Shown here: positions 1 to 9,645 of the stretch, piece by piece
Numbering within the stretch: the stretch's first letter is position 1
Layout: the number at the start of each line of letters is the position of its first letter
Origin: Chiloscyllium plagiosum
Lineage: Eukaryota
DNA length: 20,000 bases
Assembly: GCF_004010195.1 (NCBI RefSeq)
Contig: NC_057759.1
Span: 3,895,394 to 3,915,393 of the forward strand
Reading direction: 5' to 3'
Position numbers and translations under genes: made by a program
The notes under the pieces: generated by a model
What the model was told of the DNA's origin: nothing
Database searches by the model: none
Seen by the model: only the letters and a program-made list of their open reading frames with translations

Positions 1-89
1 CATTAGATATAGTCACAGAATTAAACCTTTTAAATCATGGATGCCATTCAATCTGAGCTGATTGAGTTTTACAAACCTTTCTCTTGCCA

Positions 90-270
90 ATTACTCATAA
101 CTCATGATCCCCTGATCAATCGAGAACCTCTCTATCTCTGTCTTAAGAACAACACTCACTTGGTCTCCACACTCCTCTGCAGCAATGTGTTCCCCAGATT
201 CACCCCTCGCTCGGGCTGACGAGATTCCTCCTCATCTCAGTTTTCAAGTGTTTTCCCTTCCCTTCTTTTT
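90..270 (-). mobile_element. Old CR1-clade LINE 3' ORF2 fragment
   Basis: Minus-strand translation includes [12 protein letters not shown]; sequence ctccacactcctctgcagcaatgtgttccccagattcacc resembles the antisense of the CR1 ORF2 C-terminus (RVVNLWNSLP...VEA). Confidence 0.7.
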
Positions 271-273
271 GAA

Positions 274-924
274 GCGTATCATCTGCAAATTTACTGACCC
301 ACCCTTCGACTCCCTCATCTAAGTCATTAATAAAAATTACAAACAGCAGAGGACCTAGAACTGATTGCTGCGGAACTCCACTTGTAACTGGGCTCCAGGC
401 TGAATATTTACCATCTACCACCACTCTCTGCCTTCGGCCGGTTAGCCAGTTTTCTATCCAATTGGCCAAATTTCCCTCTATCCCCTGCCTCCTGACTTTC
501 CGCATAAGCCTACCATGGGGAACTTTATCAAATGCCTTACTAAAATCCATGTATACTACATCCACTGCTCTACCCTTATCCACATGCTTGGTCACCTCCT
601 CGATGAATTCAATAAGACTTGTAAGGCAAGACCTACACCTCAAATCCGTGCTGGCTGTCCCTAATCAGGCAGTGTCTTTCCAGATACTCATAAATCCTAT
701 CCCTCAGTCCCCTTTCCATTACTTTGCCTACCACTGAAGTAAGACTAACTGGCCTGTAATTCCCGAGGTTATCCGTATTCCCTTTTTTGAACAGGGGCAC
801 AACATTCGCCACTCTCCAGTCCCCTGGTACCACCCCCGTTGACAGTGAAGACGAAAAGATCATTGCCAACGGCTCTGCAATTTCCTCTCTTGCTTCCCAC
901 ATAATCCTAGGATATATCCCGTCA
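274..924 (-). mobile_element. CR1-clade LINE ORF2 reverse transcriptase fragment, frameshifted near 640, truncated at both ends
   Basis: ORFs 633..902 and 200..643 give [64 protein letters not shown], which are canonical CR1 RT motifs. Confidence 0.95.
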
Positions 925-937
925 GGGATATCATTGT

Positions 938-1247
938 TGCCTTTGAACTGATTAGCTTGCTAAACCATTTCACAAGGTAATTCAGAGTCAACCTTGCTTT
1001 AGGTCTCGAGCCAAATGCAGGCCAGACCAGATAAGGATGGCAGATTGTCTTCCCTGAAGGGAATGAAAGAAGCAGATATCTTTTTTCCAATGATAGCGGT
1101 TTCAATTCTTAATTCCTGATTGTCTTATCGTATTGAATTCAAACTCTACCATTTACTGTAGTGGTATTTGAACCCAGGTTCCCCGGAACATTAGCTGAGT
1201 TTTTGGATTAATAATTCTAGCAAAAACACCACTAGGCCATCATCTCC
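938..1247 (-). mobile_element. tRNA-derived SINE
   Basis: Minus-strand Pol III A box TGGCCTAGTGG (1229-1239) and B box GGTTCAAATACC (1163-1174); body resembles a recalled shark SINE core (agggaag..ctgccatccttatctggtctggcct). Confidence 0.8.
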
Positions 1248-1689
1248 TTGTGCACGTTAGTTAGCAATTCGATGTTAATTTGGCCATACAATTGTCTTTG
1301 AAAGAGAAAGTATAGGGTTATGTTTCCATCTGCTCAGTTGCTGAAATGCATAACATATTTTCATCTGTTTTTGAGGATTTCTTGCATTTGCCCTGACAAA
1401 ATATTTGGGCACCACAGTCCATTGTGAAACAATATTCAACCATGTGGTGATAGTCTGATGTGCTCATCATTAAAGGAAGTGCGAACAAACATTGAACTTA
1501 TGGATCGAGGAATGAGAAATCAAAGGTTTACATAGACTTAGTTAACTGAAACTAATTGAGTAAAAAATGGATTAAAGGGGAAAATATATCACACTGTCTC
1601 GAATTTACACAATTTCCAATTGCAACTGTAACACTCGAAAGTTCAATAGGACAAAGAACAATGCTTCTTATTTGATGTTATGCTTAATA

Positions 1690-2090
1690 AGGACACCTTT
1701 ATAGTACTGTAGATAGTTCTGGTCACCCTGCTATGGGAATAATATCATTAAATTGGAATGGGTGCAGTAAAGATTTGCAACCTGTTTCCGGAACTGGAGG
1801 ATATGAGTGAGACTAAGCGGCTTGGTAGATTGGGATCTCTTTCCCTTGAGTGGAAGAGGTTGAGTGGTGACCTTAAAGAAGTGAGGGACATAGATATGGG
1901 GGATAGCCAAGATATTTTCTCTGGGGGAGTGGAATTCAAAACTAGTGGCAAAGGTGAAATTAGAAAGTTGCAAGATTTAAAAGAGACTTGGGGGCGACGG
2001 TTGAAACATAGAGTGTGATTGGTGTCGGGGTGGAACTGCCAAAGGAAAGTGTAGATGTAGTTACAGCTACAACATTTATAAGACATTTGG
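1690..2090 (+). mobile_element. CR1 LINE ORF2 C-terminal fragment, degenerate
   Basis: Decayed YC..FWSPCY, RLGRLGSLSLEWKRLSGDLKEV, KTSG, TFIRHL motifs (ORF 1758..2018). Confidence 0.85.
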
Positions 2091-2111
2091 NNNNNNNNNN
2101 NNNNNNNNNNN
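2091..2111. other. Assembly gap (21 N)
   Basis: Run of N. Confidence 1.
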
Positions 2112-2139
2112 TCTGAGTGTCAATACAAATCAGGCACGT

Positions 2140-2245
2140 GATAAGCAGGAGAAGGGGAGTCCTTCATGGTAACATCAGCCAGTGTCAGGAGCAAATCTAT
2201 GTATTTGCATCATTCTGTCTGCCCAGCTAGCTGCCCGCCAATGTA
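2140..2245 (-). mobile_element. Degenerate SINE 5' (tRNA-head) fragment
   Basis: ccttcatggtaacatcagccagtgtcaggag...ccagctagctgcccgccaa resembles the antisense head of a recalled shark SINE; heavily diverged. Confidence 0.4.
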
Positions 2246-2594
2246 ATGTGGAATATGCCAAGGCAGAAAATGGAAACAAGTGTAAGGGAATATCGAAGAT
2301 TTAGAACCAAAGCAACAATGGTCATTTTACTTGTCAGTGTCAAACCGTTTGTAAAGTGTTCGACAATGATGACCGCCATCATAATGAGCACGCAGACACC
2401 GAAGTCACAGCAGTATGGTCTCGTTCTGCACAAGGAGAAACGCCCAGTTTAGATCGTTTTGTGTTGGGGAACTGGCCAGCTTGACAGATGTGATTGAAGA
2501 GAAAGTGAGGTCTGCAGATGCTGGAGATCAGAGCTGGAAATGTGTTGCTGGAAAAGCGCAGCAGGTCAGGCAGCATCCAGGGAACAGGAGAATC

Positions 2595-2622
2595 GACGTT
2601 TCGGGCATAAGCCCTTCTTCAG
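2595..2622 (-). ncRNA. Minimal hammerhead ribozyme motif in PLE pseudo-LTR (core intact)
   Basis: Minus strand reads CTGAAGA-A-GGGC-TTAT-GCCC-GAAA-CGTC: CUGAnGA core, 4-bp stem II, GAAA, palindromic ACGT helix III, GUC cleavage triplet. Confidence 0.75.
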
Positions 2623-2775
2623 GAATGAGGAAAGTTTGTCCAGCAGGCTAAGATAAAAGGTAGGGAGGAAGGACTTGGGGGAGGGGCGTCGGAAATGTGA
2701 TAGGTGGAAAGAGGTCAAGGTGAGGGTGAAAGGTCAGACTGGGGTGGGGGCGGAGAGGGCGGGAAGAAGATTGCA

Positions 2776-3100
2776 NNNNNNNNNNNNNNNNNNNNNNNNN
2801 NNNNNNNNNNNNNNNNNNNNNNNNNNNNNNNNNNNNNNNNNNNNNNNNNNNNNNNNNNNNNNNNNNNNNNNNNNNNNNNNNNNNNNNNNNNNNNNNNNNN
2901 NNNNNNNNNNNNNNNNNNNNNNNNNNNNNNNNNNNNNNNNNNNNNNNNNNNNNNNNNNNNNNNNNNNNNNNNNNNNNNNNNNNNNNNNNNNNNNNNNNNN
3001 NNNNNNNNNNNNNNNNNNNNNNNNNNNNNNNNNNNNNNNNNNNNNNNNNNNNNNNNNNNNNNNNNNNNNNNNNNNNNNNNNNNNNNNNNNNNNNNNNNNN
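2776..3100. other. Assembly gap (325 N) inside the PLE, where the GIY-YIG domain is expected
   Basis: Run of N between PLE linker-coding sequence and PLE 3' end. Confidence 1.
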
Positions 3101-3759
3101 TGGATCTGACGAGGGAGTCGCGGAGGGAGTGGTCTTTACGGAATGCTGATGGGGAGGGGAGGGAGGTATATCCTTGGTGGTGGGGTCCGTTTGGAGGTAG
3201 CGGAAATGACGGCGGATGATGCGCTGTACATGGAGATTGGTGGGGTGGTAGGTGAGGACCAGTGGGGTTCTGTCCTGGTGGCGGTTGGAGGGGCGGGGCT
3301 CAAGGGCGGAGGAGCGGGAAGTGGAAGAGATGCGGTGGAGGGCATCGTCGACCACGTCGGGGGAAAATCGCGGTCCTTGAAGAAGGAGGCCATCTGGGTT
3401 GTGCGTTTTTGGAACTGGTCCTCCTGGGAGCAGATGCGGCGGAGTCGAAGGAATTGGGAGAATGGGATGGCGTTTTTACAAACTTTCCTCATTCATGAAG
3501 AAGGGCTTATGCCCGAAACGTCGATTCTCCTGTTCCCTGGATGCTGCCTGACCTGCTGCGCTTTTCCAGCAACACATTTCCAGATATGATTGAAGAGCAG
3601 AGAAGCACCGAACTCATCATTGAATATCCAAATAACCTTGGAACGGTTGCAATGAAAGCCAATGAGTTTGGATCAGAAGGGAAGTGCAAGAGTGTTCTCC
3701 ACAAAAGCAAAAGAAGGGAGGGTTAGAATTTGCCTCAATTAGTCAATGGAAGGGATTTC

Positions 3760-4160
3760 CATAAACCAGATGCATACAAAAGAGAAGAGGCCCTTCAGCC
3801 CAAAAACCTGTACTACAAAAACGTACATTCCTGGCGAAATATCCACTGTAGGCCCATTTCCCTGAACGTGAAGAAACATCAAGTGGAAATTTGTGTACTC
3901 TTCAAGATAGTGAGGTTACCTCCTCCCAGGCAGTACATTTAAGACATTACTGTGCTCTGGGTGATAAACAGATCCTTAAATCCCTTCTAAGACTCCAGTC
4001 TTTCACATTAAGTTGATATCACCCCTTGTGTTTGGCCCTTCGTCTCAGGGGAACAGCTGCTTCCTATCCCCATATCCATGCCCCTCAATATTACACAACA
4101 TTACCAAACCTCCACCTTCTCTGTTCCAAAGACAACTTCCTGGTGAATCTCCTCTGTAAG
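3760..4160 (-). mobile_element. CR1 LINE 3' end fragment, degenerate
   Basis: agaagaggcccttcagccca (antisense CR1 3'UTR) and caggcagtacatttaagacattactgtgctctgggtga, cttcctatcccc..ccatgcccctca (antisense ORF2 C-terminus). Confidence 0.7.
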
Positions 4161-4254
4161 CCGACACCTCCGCCCCCCCCCCCCCCCAACCAAAGTAATC
4201 ACGTCTTTCCTAAATTGCGGAGACTGGATCTACACAGAGTGGCAGTTGAGGTCA

Positions 4255-4690
4255 GATTTTTTTAATCACTGGATTGTAGGAGCTTTCGGGGTGATCTTAT
4301 GCAGGTTTACAGAATCATGAGGGGCATATATAAGGTGCATTGCCAGGTCCTTCCGTCAGTAGAATGTGAAGACTGCCGATGCTGGAGATCAGAGTCGAAA
4401 AGTGTGGAAAATCACGGCAGGTCAGGCTGTATCCGAGGTCCAGGAAAGCGGAATCACAAACTAGATGGATTTAAGATGAGGGGGAAATATTTAAAAGGCA
4501 ATTGTTTCTCATTGAGGGTGATGTGTTTATATAGAATGAGCTGCATTTGAAGTGGTAAAGGTGGGTACAATTTTAACATTTTAAAGACCTTTGTATCGAT
4601 ACATGGCTAGGAAACGTTTAAAGGGCTTGGGGACCAAATACAGGTAAATGAGATTGGGTCAGGTTGGGATGGTTGGCCAGTGCGGTTCGA
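4255..4690 (+). mobile_element. CR1 LINE 3' end fragment interrupted by a PLE pseudo-LTR piece
   Basis: GDLMQVYRIMRGI ... FKMRGKYLKGNCFSLRV motifs and 3'UTR-like tail. Confidence 0.8.
4362..4449 (-). mobile_element. PLE pseudo-LTR terminal fragment
   Basis: gaatgtgaagactgccgatgctggagatcagagtcgaaaagtgtgg..gcaggtcaggc matches 2501-2575 within this window. Confidence 0.8.
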
Positions 4691-4878
4691 GTTTGACACA
4701 ACCAAACAAATTGTTTGCCTCCACATTCAAATCACCATGACGTTTTCTTTCTTTATATCCATAAACTGCCACCAGTTAACCAGCCAATCAGATATTGACA
4801 AGCAAAGCCCATTCTCGGTAATATAAACCATCAAAGGTAAGAGGGGGTGTAAGAGAAAAAATCGAGAGAATGGATGGA

Positions 4879-5378
4879 NNNNNNNNNNNNNNNNNNNNNN
4901 NNNNNNNNNNNNNNNNNNNNNNNNNNNNNNNNNNNNNNNNNNNNNNNNNNNNNNNNNNNNNNNNNNNNNNNNNNNNNNNNNNNNNNNNNNNNNNNNNNNN
5001 NNNNNNNNNNNNNNNNNNNNNNNNNNNNNNNNNNNNNNNNNNNNNNNNNNNNNNNNNNNNNNNNNNNNNNNNNNNNNNNNNNNNNNNNNNNNNNNNNNNN
5101 NNNNNNNNNNNNNNNNNNNNNNNNNNNNNNNNNNNNNNNNNNNNNNNNNNNNNNNNNNNNNNNNNNNNNNNNNNNNNNNNNNNNNNNNNNNNNNNNNNNN
5201 NNNNNNNNNNNNNNNNNNNNNNNNNNNNNNNNNNNNNNNNNNNNNNNNNNNNNNNNNNNNNNNNNNNNNNNNNNNNNNNNNNNNNNNNNNNNNNNNNNNN
5301 NNNNNNNNNNNNNNNNNNNNNNNNNNNNNNNNNNNNNNNNNNNNNNNNNNNNNNNNNNNNNNNNNNNNNNNNNNNNNN
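4879..5378. other. Assembly gap (500 N)
   Basis: Run of N. Confidence 1.
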
Positions 5379-5799
5379 CCAGTCCTGCCCATCCCTGAAC
5401 CATGTTTCTGTAACTGCTATGATATCCCAGTCACATGATCTTAACCATGCCCTGAGTTCATCTGCCTTCCCTGTTCGGCCCCTTGCATTGAAACAAATGC
5501 AGTTTAATTTATCAGTCCTACCTTTTCCCTGACTGCTCTGACTGTTTGACTCACTTCTGTTCTCAGCTGTACCTGTCTCAGATCGATCTCTTTCCTCACT
5601 ATCGCCCAGGGACCCCCTCTTCCCCCCCACACACACACCCTTCCAATTTAAATCCTCCCAAGCAGTTCGAGCAAATTTCCCTGCCAGTATATTAGTCCCC
5701 TTCCAATTTAGGTGCAGTCCATCCTTCTTGTACAGGTCACTTCTATCCCAAAAGAGATTCCAATGGTCCAAAAATGTGAATCCTTCTCACATACACCAG
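5379..5799 (-). mobile_element. CR1 LINE ORF1 C-terminus (SGNH esterase) and ORF2 N-terminus (APE endonuclease)
   Basis: DHWNLFWDRSDLYKKDGLHLNWKGTNILA (esterase DGxH motif) followed by LNCICFNARG..KADEL..DIIAVTETW (endonuclease start). Confidence 0.92.
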
Positions 5800-5863
5800 A
5801 ATATTTCCTCGCTACATGATATGATAGTACACCAGAATATTTCCTCGCTACATGATATGATAG
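5792..5863. repeat. Perfect 2 x 36-bp tandem duplication
   Basis: tacaccagaatatttcctcgctacatgatatgatag at 5792-5827 and 5828-5863. Confidence 0.97.
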
Positions 5864-5926
5864 CACTGCTAAAATCTGTGATTCCGCATTCTTAAAACTA
5901 GGGGCTGTGACAGTATGCTTTGAATC

Positions 5927-5927
<1 letters not shown>

Positions 5928-6012
<85 letters not shown>
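5928..6012. repeat. (GT)n microsatellite, ~42 units
   Basis: Direct read. Confidence 0.99.
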
Positions 6013-6015
<3 letters not shown>

Positions 6016-7095
6016 GTTCTCATTGTCAGACAAAGCTAACTTCTTTATCTCTCAGCAATACACATGAGCCTAAACCTTGGAAATTGTGCTGATGGACTTT
6101 AATCTTTTCTTTTCCTCTCAGCTGAAGGCAAGGGACAATTGCAATAAGGCCACTTATTGTGGGTATGCCATAAATATTGATATGTTGCCTTCAATGAGAA
6201 TTTCCCTCTGTCAGGAGTGACATATGTGCAATGTTGTACGATGTCCACCACTTTTATTTTATAGAGAAAACTTTCCAGACTCGGTTCTTCCTTTTGCAGA
6301 CTGCAGAGGGGGATGCAATTCCAAGGAGTACAGATTTCCACCCAGCTGAAACTGCAATACAGTTTTGTTTCAGTGCGTGCTTTCAGTTCTAATTATGTTA
6401 CAATTACAACACCACTTTCATATATCTTGGAAAAATGAAACACCCCACTGGCTACAGTATGAGATTAAAAGATAATGAAAAAGTGAAGTAGCATAAAGAT
6501 TCTTGCAGAGTTTGTCAGTGTGGTACACGCGCTGTGTGGGGCGAGAAGCATTATGAGAGGCTGCTAACTTCAGGACTGTTTCTTTTCTTGGAATAATTCA
6601 CCCCTTTCCTTTCTTGACACGAGGTCTTCTATGCAAACATTAGCTGAATCTTCCCTACCATGAAAACAGCGGTGTAAGTAACTCTGAAAATTATTTGTAT
6701 GTGTCTGAATTCTGACACAAATGTCGTGGGAAAATTGACAGATGCTGTAGAATTGTATGCATTACTGATCGTTATTTCCCTTGAGTTGTTGTCGGATTAG
6801 TGCATTATTTTTCCCACAAGGGTTAAGAATTAAATCTGTGATTTAATCTTATTGCTAACTTTTTAACATCACTGGGGATAATTCCATTCTCAGCGTGAGC
6901 TTCGATAACAAATCCTTTCATTTAATTGATTTCTTCAAAAATGGTTAGGGATATGAGGGTAAGAAAGGAAGTCATGCACATTAAACCAGGGCTCAGGAGT
7001 TACAGTGCATATGAAATTTTGAAATTTTGATGGATATGCAGTCTATTGTGAAAAATTATGTTAGACATTTAAGCAGCAAATATTGCATCTATCCT

Positions 7096-7150
<55 letters not shown>

Positions 7151-7163
7151 GTCTATCTGTCTA
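7096..7163. repeat. (TCTA)n/(GATA)n microsatellite
   Basis: Direct read, with TCTG variants at the 3' end. Confidence 0.99.
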
Positions 7164-7480
7164 CCTTTACATGCACTATTTCTACAGTTAGACTCCACCT
7201 TACTTGTAATATACGAGAAATAAACAAAGTTGCTAATGCTGCTTTTCCAGGCCTAGAGTTACATTAAAACACAATGAAACTGTCATTAACAGAAACACAT
7301 ATTTGACAGATTTATTTGCTGGAAATACTTGCTTTCATGAAGCATGATTCAATCGTTGATAATTTTTAATCCTTCCCTGATACAAAGGACAGCTGGGGTC
7401 TAATCTCACATATTGGAAATATTGCATGCAAATATTCCTTCCTACAGGAAAATAATTCTGAAACTTGAAAGTATTCCTTG

Positions 7481-7998
7481 AAAGATTTGCAAGGATTTTG
7501 CCAGGATGTGGAAGGCTTGAGCTACTGGGAGAGGCTGAGTAGGTTGGGACTGTTTTCCCTGAAACGTCAGTGGCTGAGGAGTGACTTTATGAAAGTTAGA
7601 AAGTAATCAGCGGCATGGTAAATAAACAGAAATCTTTTCCCTGGTGTGATGGTGGCGGCGAGGGAGATATGGTGGGGGCGAGTGTGTGTGAGGGAGATGG
7701 TCTGGACTAGAAGGCATAATTTTAGGATGCGAGTAGAAAAAATTAGAAGCGACCAAATGGGCCACGTTTTCACGCAAAGGCTGGTGTGTGTATGGAATTC
7801 GATGCCCAAGAATGTGGTACAAGCTGGTACAACTGCAACATTTAAAAGGCATTTGGATGGGTATGTGAATAGGAAAGGTTAGAGGGAGATGGGCCAACCG
7901 CTAGCAAACGGGATGACATTAATTTGGGATACCTGTTGTGCATGGAAAATTTCGACCAAAGGATCTGTTTCCGTGTTGTACATCTCTGTGAACCGATG
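7481..7998 (+). mobile_element. CR1 LINE 3' end including 3'UTR
   Basis: LSYWERLSRLGLFSL, FTQRLVCVWNSMPKNVVQAGTTATFKRHLDGY, then tail aaggatctgtttccgtgttgtacatctctgtga. Confidence 0.9.
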
Positions 7999-8154
7999 AT
8001 TACATTTTCATAGCCAATGCATTACTTCAGAGAACAAGTCTTTGAGCCAACATGTCTATAAATTTTGCATTTCAGAGCAGGGTTTCATTGTTAGGGAATA
8101 GAAGTACTTGAGTATATTTCTGAGAGAAAAGAAACCAGAGGAGCTGTTTTCGTA

Positions 8155-8810
8155 ATATAGAAGCAGGTGTGGGCCATTCAGCCCCATCAACGTGTTGTCC
8201 CATTGAATACGATCATGGCTGATCGAGCACTACAATACATTTTGCACATTTCATCCCCATCTAGTTGAAGACTGGTAATTAGACATCTATCAGCCTCTAC
8301 CTTTAAAATATACGATAATTGAGTGATCCTAGCCCCCTGCAGTTATGGAATTCTAAAGAATTGCAATCCAACAAGCAAAACGCAATAAACCCTCATCTTG
8401 GTCCGAAGTCCCACATTTTAATATCTTGCCTCGTTCTAGTCTCCCTCAATCAGCAAATATTCAATCTATAGATAACATGTCTCTATAACAATTACGTTAC
8501 TTTATTTACAATGATATCATCACCCATCCGTCCAAAGCCTGGATAACACAGGCCCAGTTTGCCCACTCTCTCTTCATTGGATATTGCCCCCCATCCCCCC
8601 TCCCCCATCCCAGAGACAAATATGCTGAATCTTCATGGCTCTCTGTCTGCATGGAAATTACCCCTTTCCTGAGGCAAGAAAACCCAAACTGCACTTAGAC
8701 CTGCAGCTACAGTCTCACCAACGTGCGGTGTTTTTGAAACAAGACTTCACTGCTCCAGTACTCACATCCTCTTGTAATAACGGCTATCATTCCATTAGCC
8801 TTCCTTCAAG
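8155..8810 (-). mobile_element. CR1 LINE 3' portion, degenerate
   Basis: agaagcaggtgtgggccattcagcccc..gatcatggctgatc (antisense 3'UTR); cccaaactgcac (MQFG for VQFW), cattccattagccttc. Confidence 0.75.
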
Positions 8811-8944
8811 TGTAATTTGGCATGTAGCAAGACATTAGAGAGTCTTGCAATAACGGTGCAACTGTAATCTTCGGTGCCTTTAATTGACATAGATATTTGA
8901 CAAAACAAAATGATGGAGCATTTCCATTAGTATATGCATGTGTA

Positions 8945-9050
8945 TTTTTTAAAATTGCTTTGAGGGACGTGGGTGTCACTGGCGAATAAGTATTTGTTGT
9001 CTGTTCTTAGTTTCCCTTGAGAAGATGGTAGTGATCCACCTTCTTGAAAC
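8945..9050 (-). mobile_element. Non-LTR retrotransposon 3' tail fragment (family uncertain)
   Basis: gggacgtgggtgtcactggc..tatttgttgtc..cccttgagaagatggtagtga..ccttcttgaa resembles a recalled shark LINE tail. Confidence 0.55.
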
Positions 9051-9074
9051 GTGAATGAGTATGTGTATGCGTGA

Positions 9075-9480
9075 GAGAGTGAAGGATGGTTCTTTAACCT
9101 TGCAGAACCAACTGGAAAACAGCCTATTCTAAATGGGATACTTTGCAATGAGAAATTATGCATTAACAGTCTTGGTATGGAAAGATCCTTTGGAGAAGAG
9201 TGACCATAACGAGACAGCATTCTTCATGAAGATGAAGAGCCTAGTTGAAGTAGAAGCCAGAATCCTGAAGCTAAATGAAGGACCTATGATATAAGAGGCA
9301 TGAATTGGCAAGGATACATTGCAAAGCCATACTAAAGTAATTGATGGTGGATAGTGGATGGTTCACGTTTAAAAATTGTATTCATGCTGGTCAGCAGGTG
9401 ATTATAGTTTCTGTTGGTATGTGGACAAAAGAAAGCACATGATGCCCAGTCGGCCTGAATTCAATAAGAGAACTCATAGG
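9075..9480 (+). mobile_element. CR1 ORF2 endonuclease C-terminus/linker, degenerate
   Basis: Decayed EPTGKQPILNGILCNEK, agtgaccataac (SDHN), RHELARI, W.TFK motifs. Confidence 0.65.
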
Positions 9481-9645
9481 CTTGTGTCCAGGAGGTTGCA
9501 CACCTGGGCATGTCCACCTACAGCTGATTTGGAAAAGTTAAATTGCTTTTAATCAATACAGATTAAGGGTGCAACTTCTGTTCTGGTCTCTTACGAAAAA
9601 CAACTGGTTCAGTTATCACTGATTCTACTAAAAGACTCGGATCAT

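Larger units (their letters stand above)
2500..3583 (-). mobile_element. Penelope-like element (Neptune-like), 5'-truncated, with inverted partial pseudo-LTR
   Basis: Minus-strand KNAIPFSQFLRLRRICSQED...PLVLTYHPTNLHVQRIIRRHF (PLE thumb/linker); 106-bp inverted repeat 2534-2639 vs 3478-3583 with 1 mismatch; flanking direct repeat cagat(g/a)tgattgaagag at 2485-2501 and 3581-3597. Confidence 0.92.

Noticed and set aside
1163..1247. tRNA gene
   Set aside because: A/B boxes belong to a SINE head; no cloverleaf evident.
2648..3355. Long ORFs spanning the N gap
   Set aside because: Length is an artefact of N runs; only the flanking PLE-derived peptide is real.
4727..5532. Several 170-330 aa ORFs
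   Set aside because: Artefacts of the 500-N gap.
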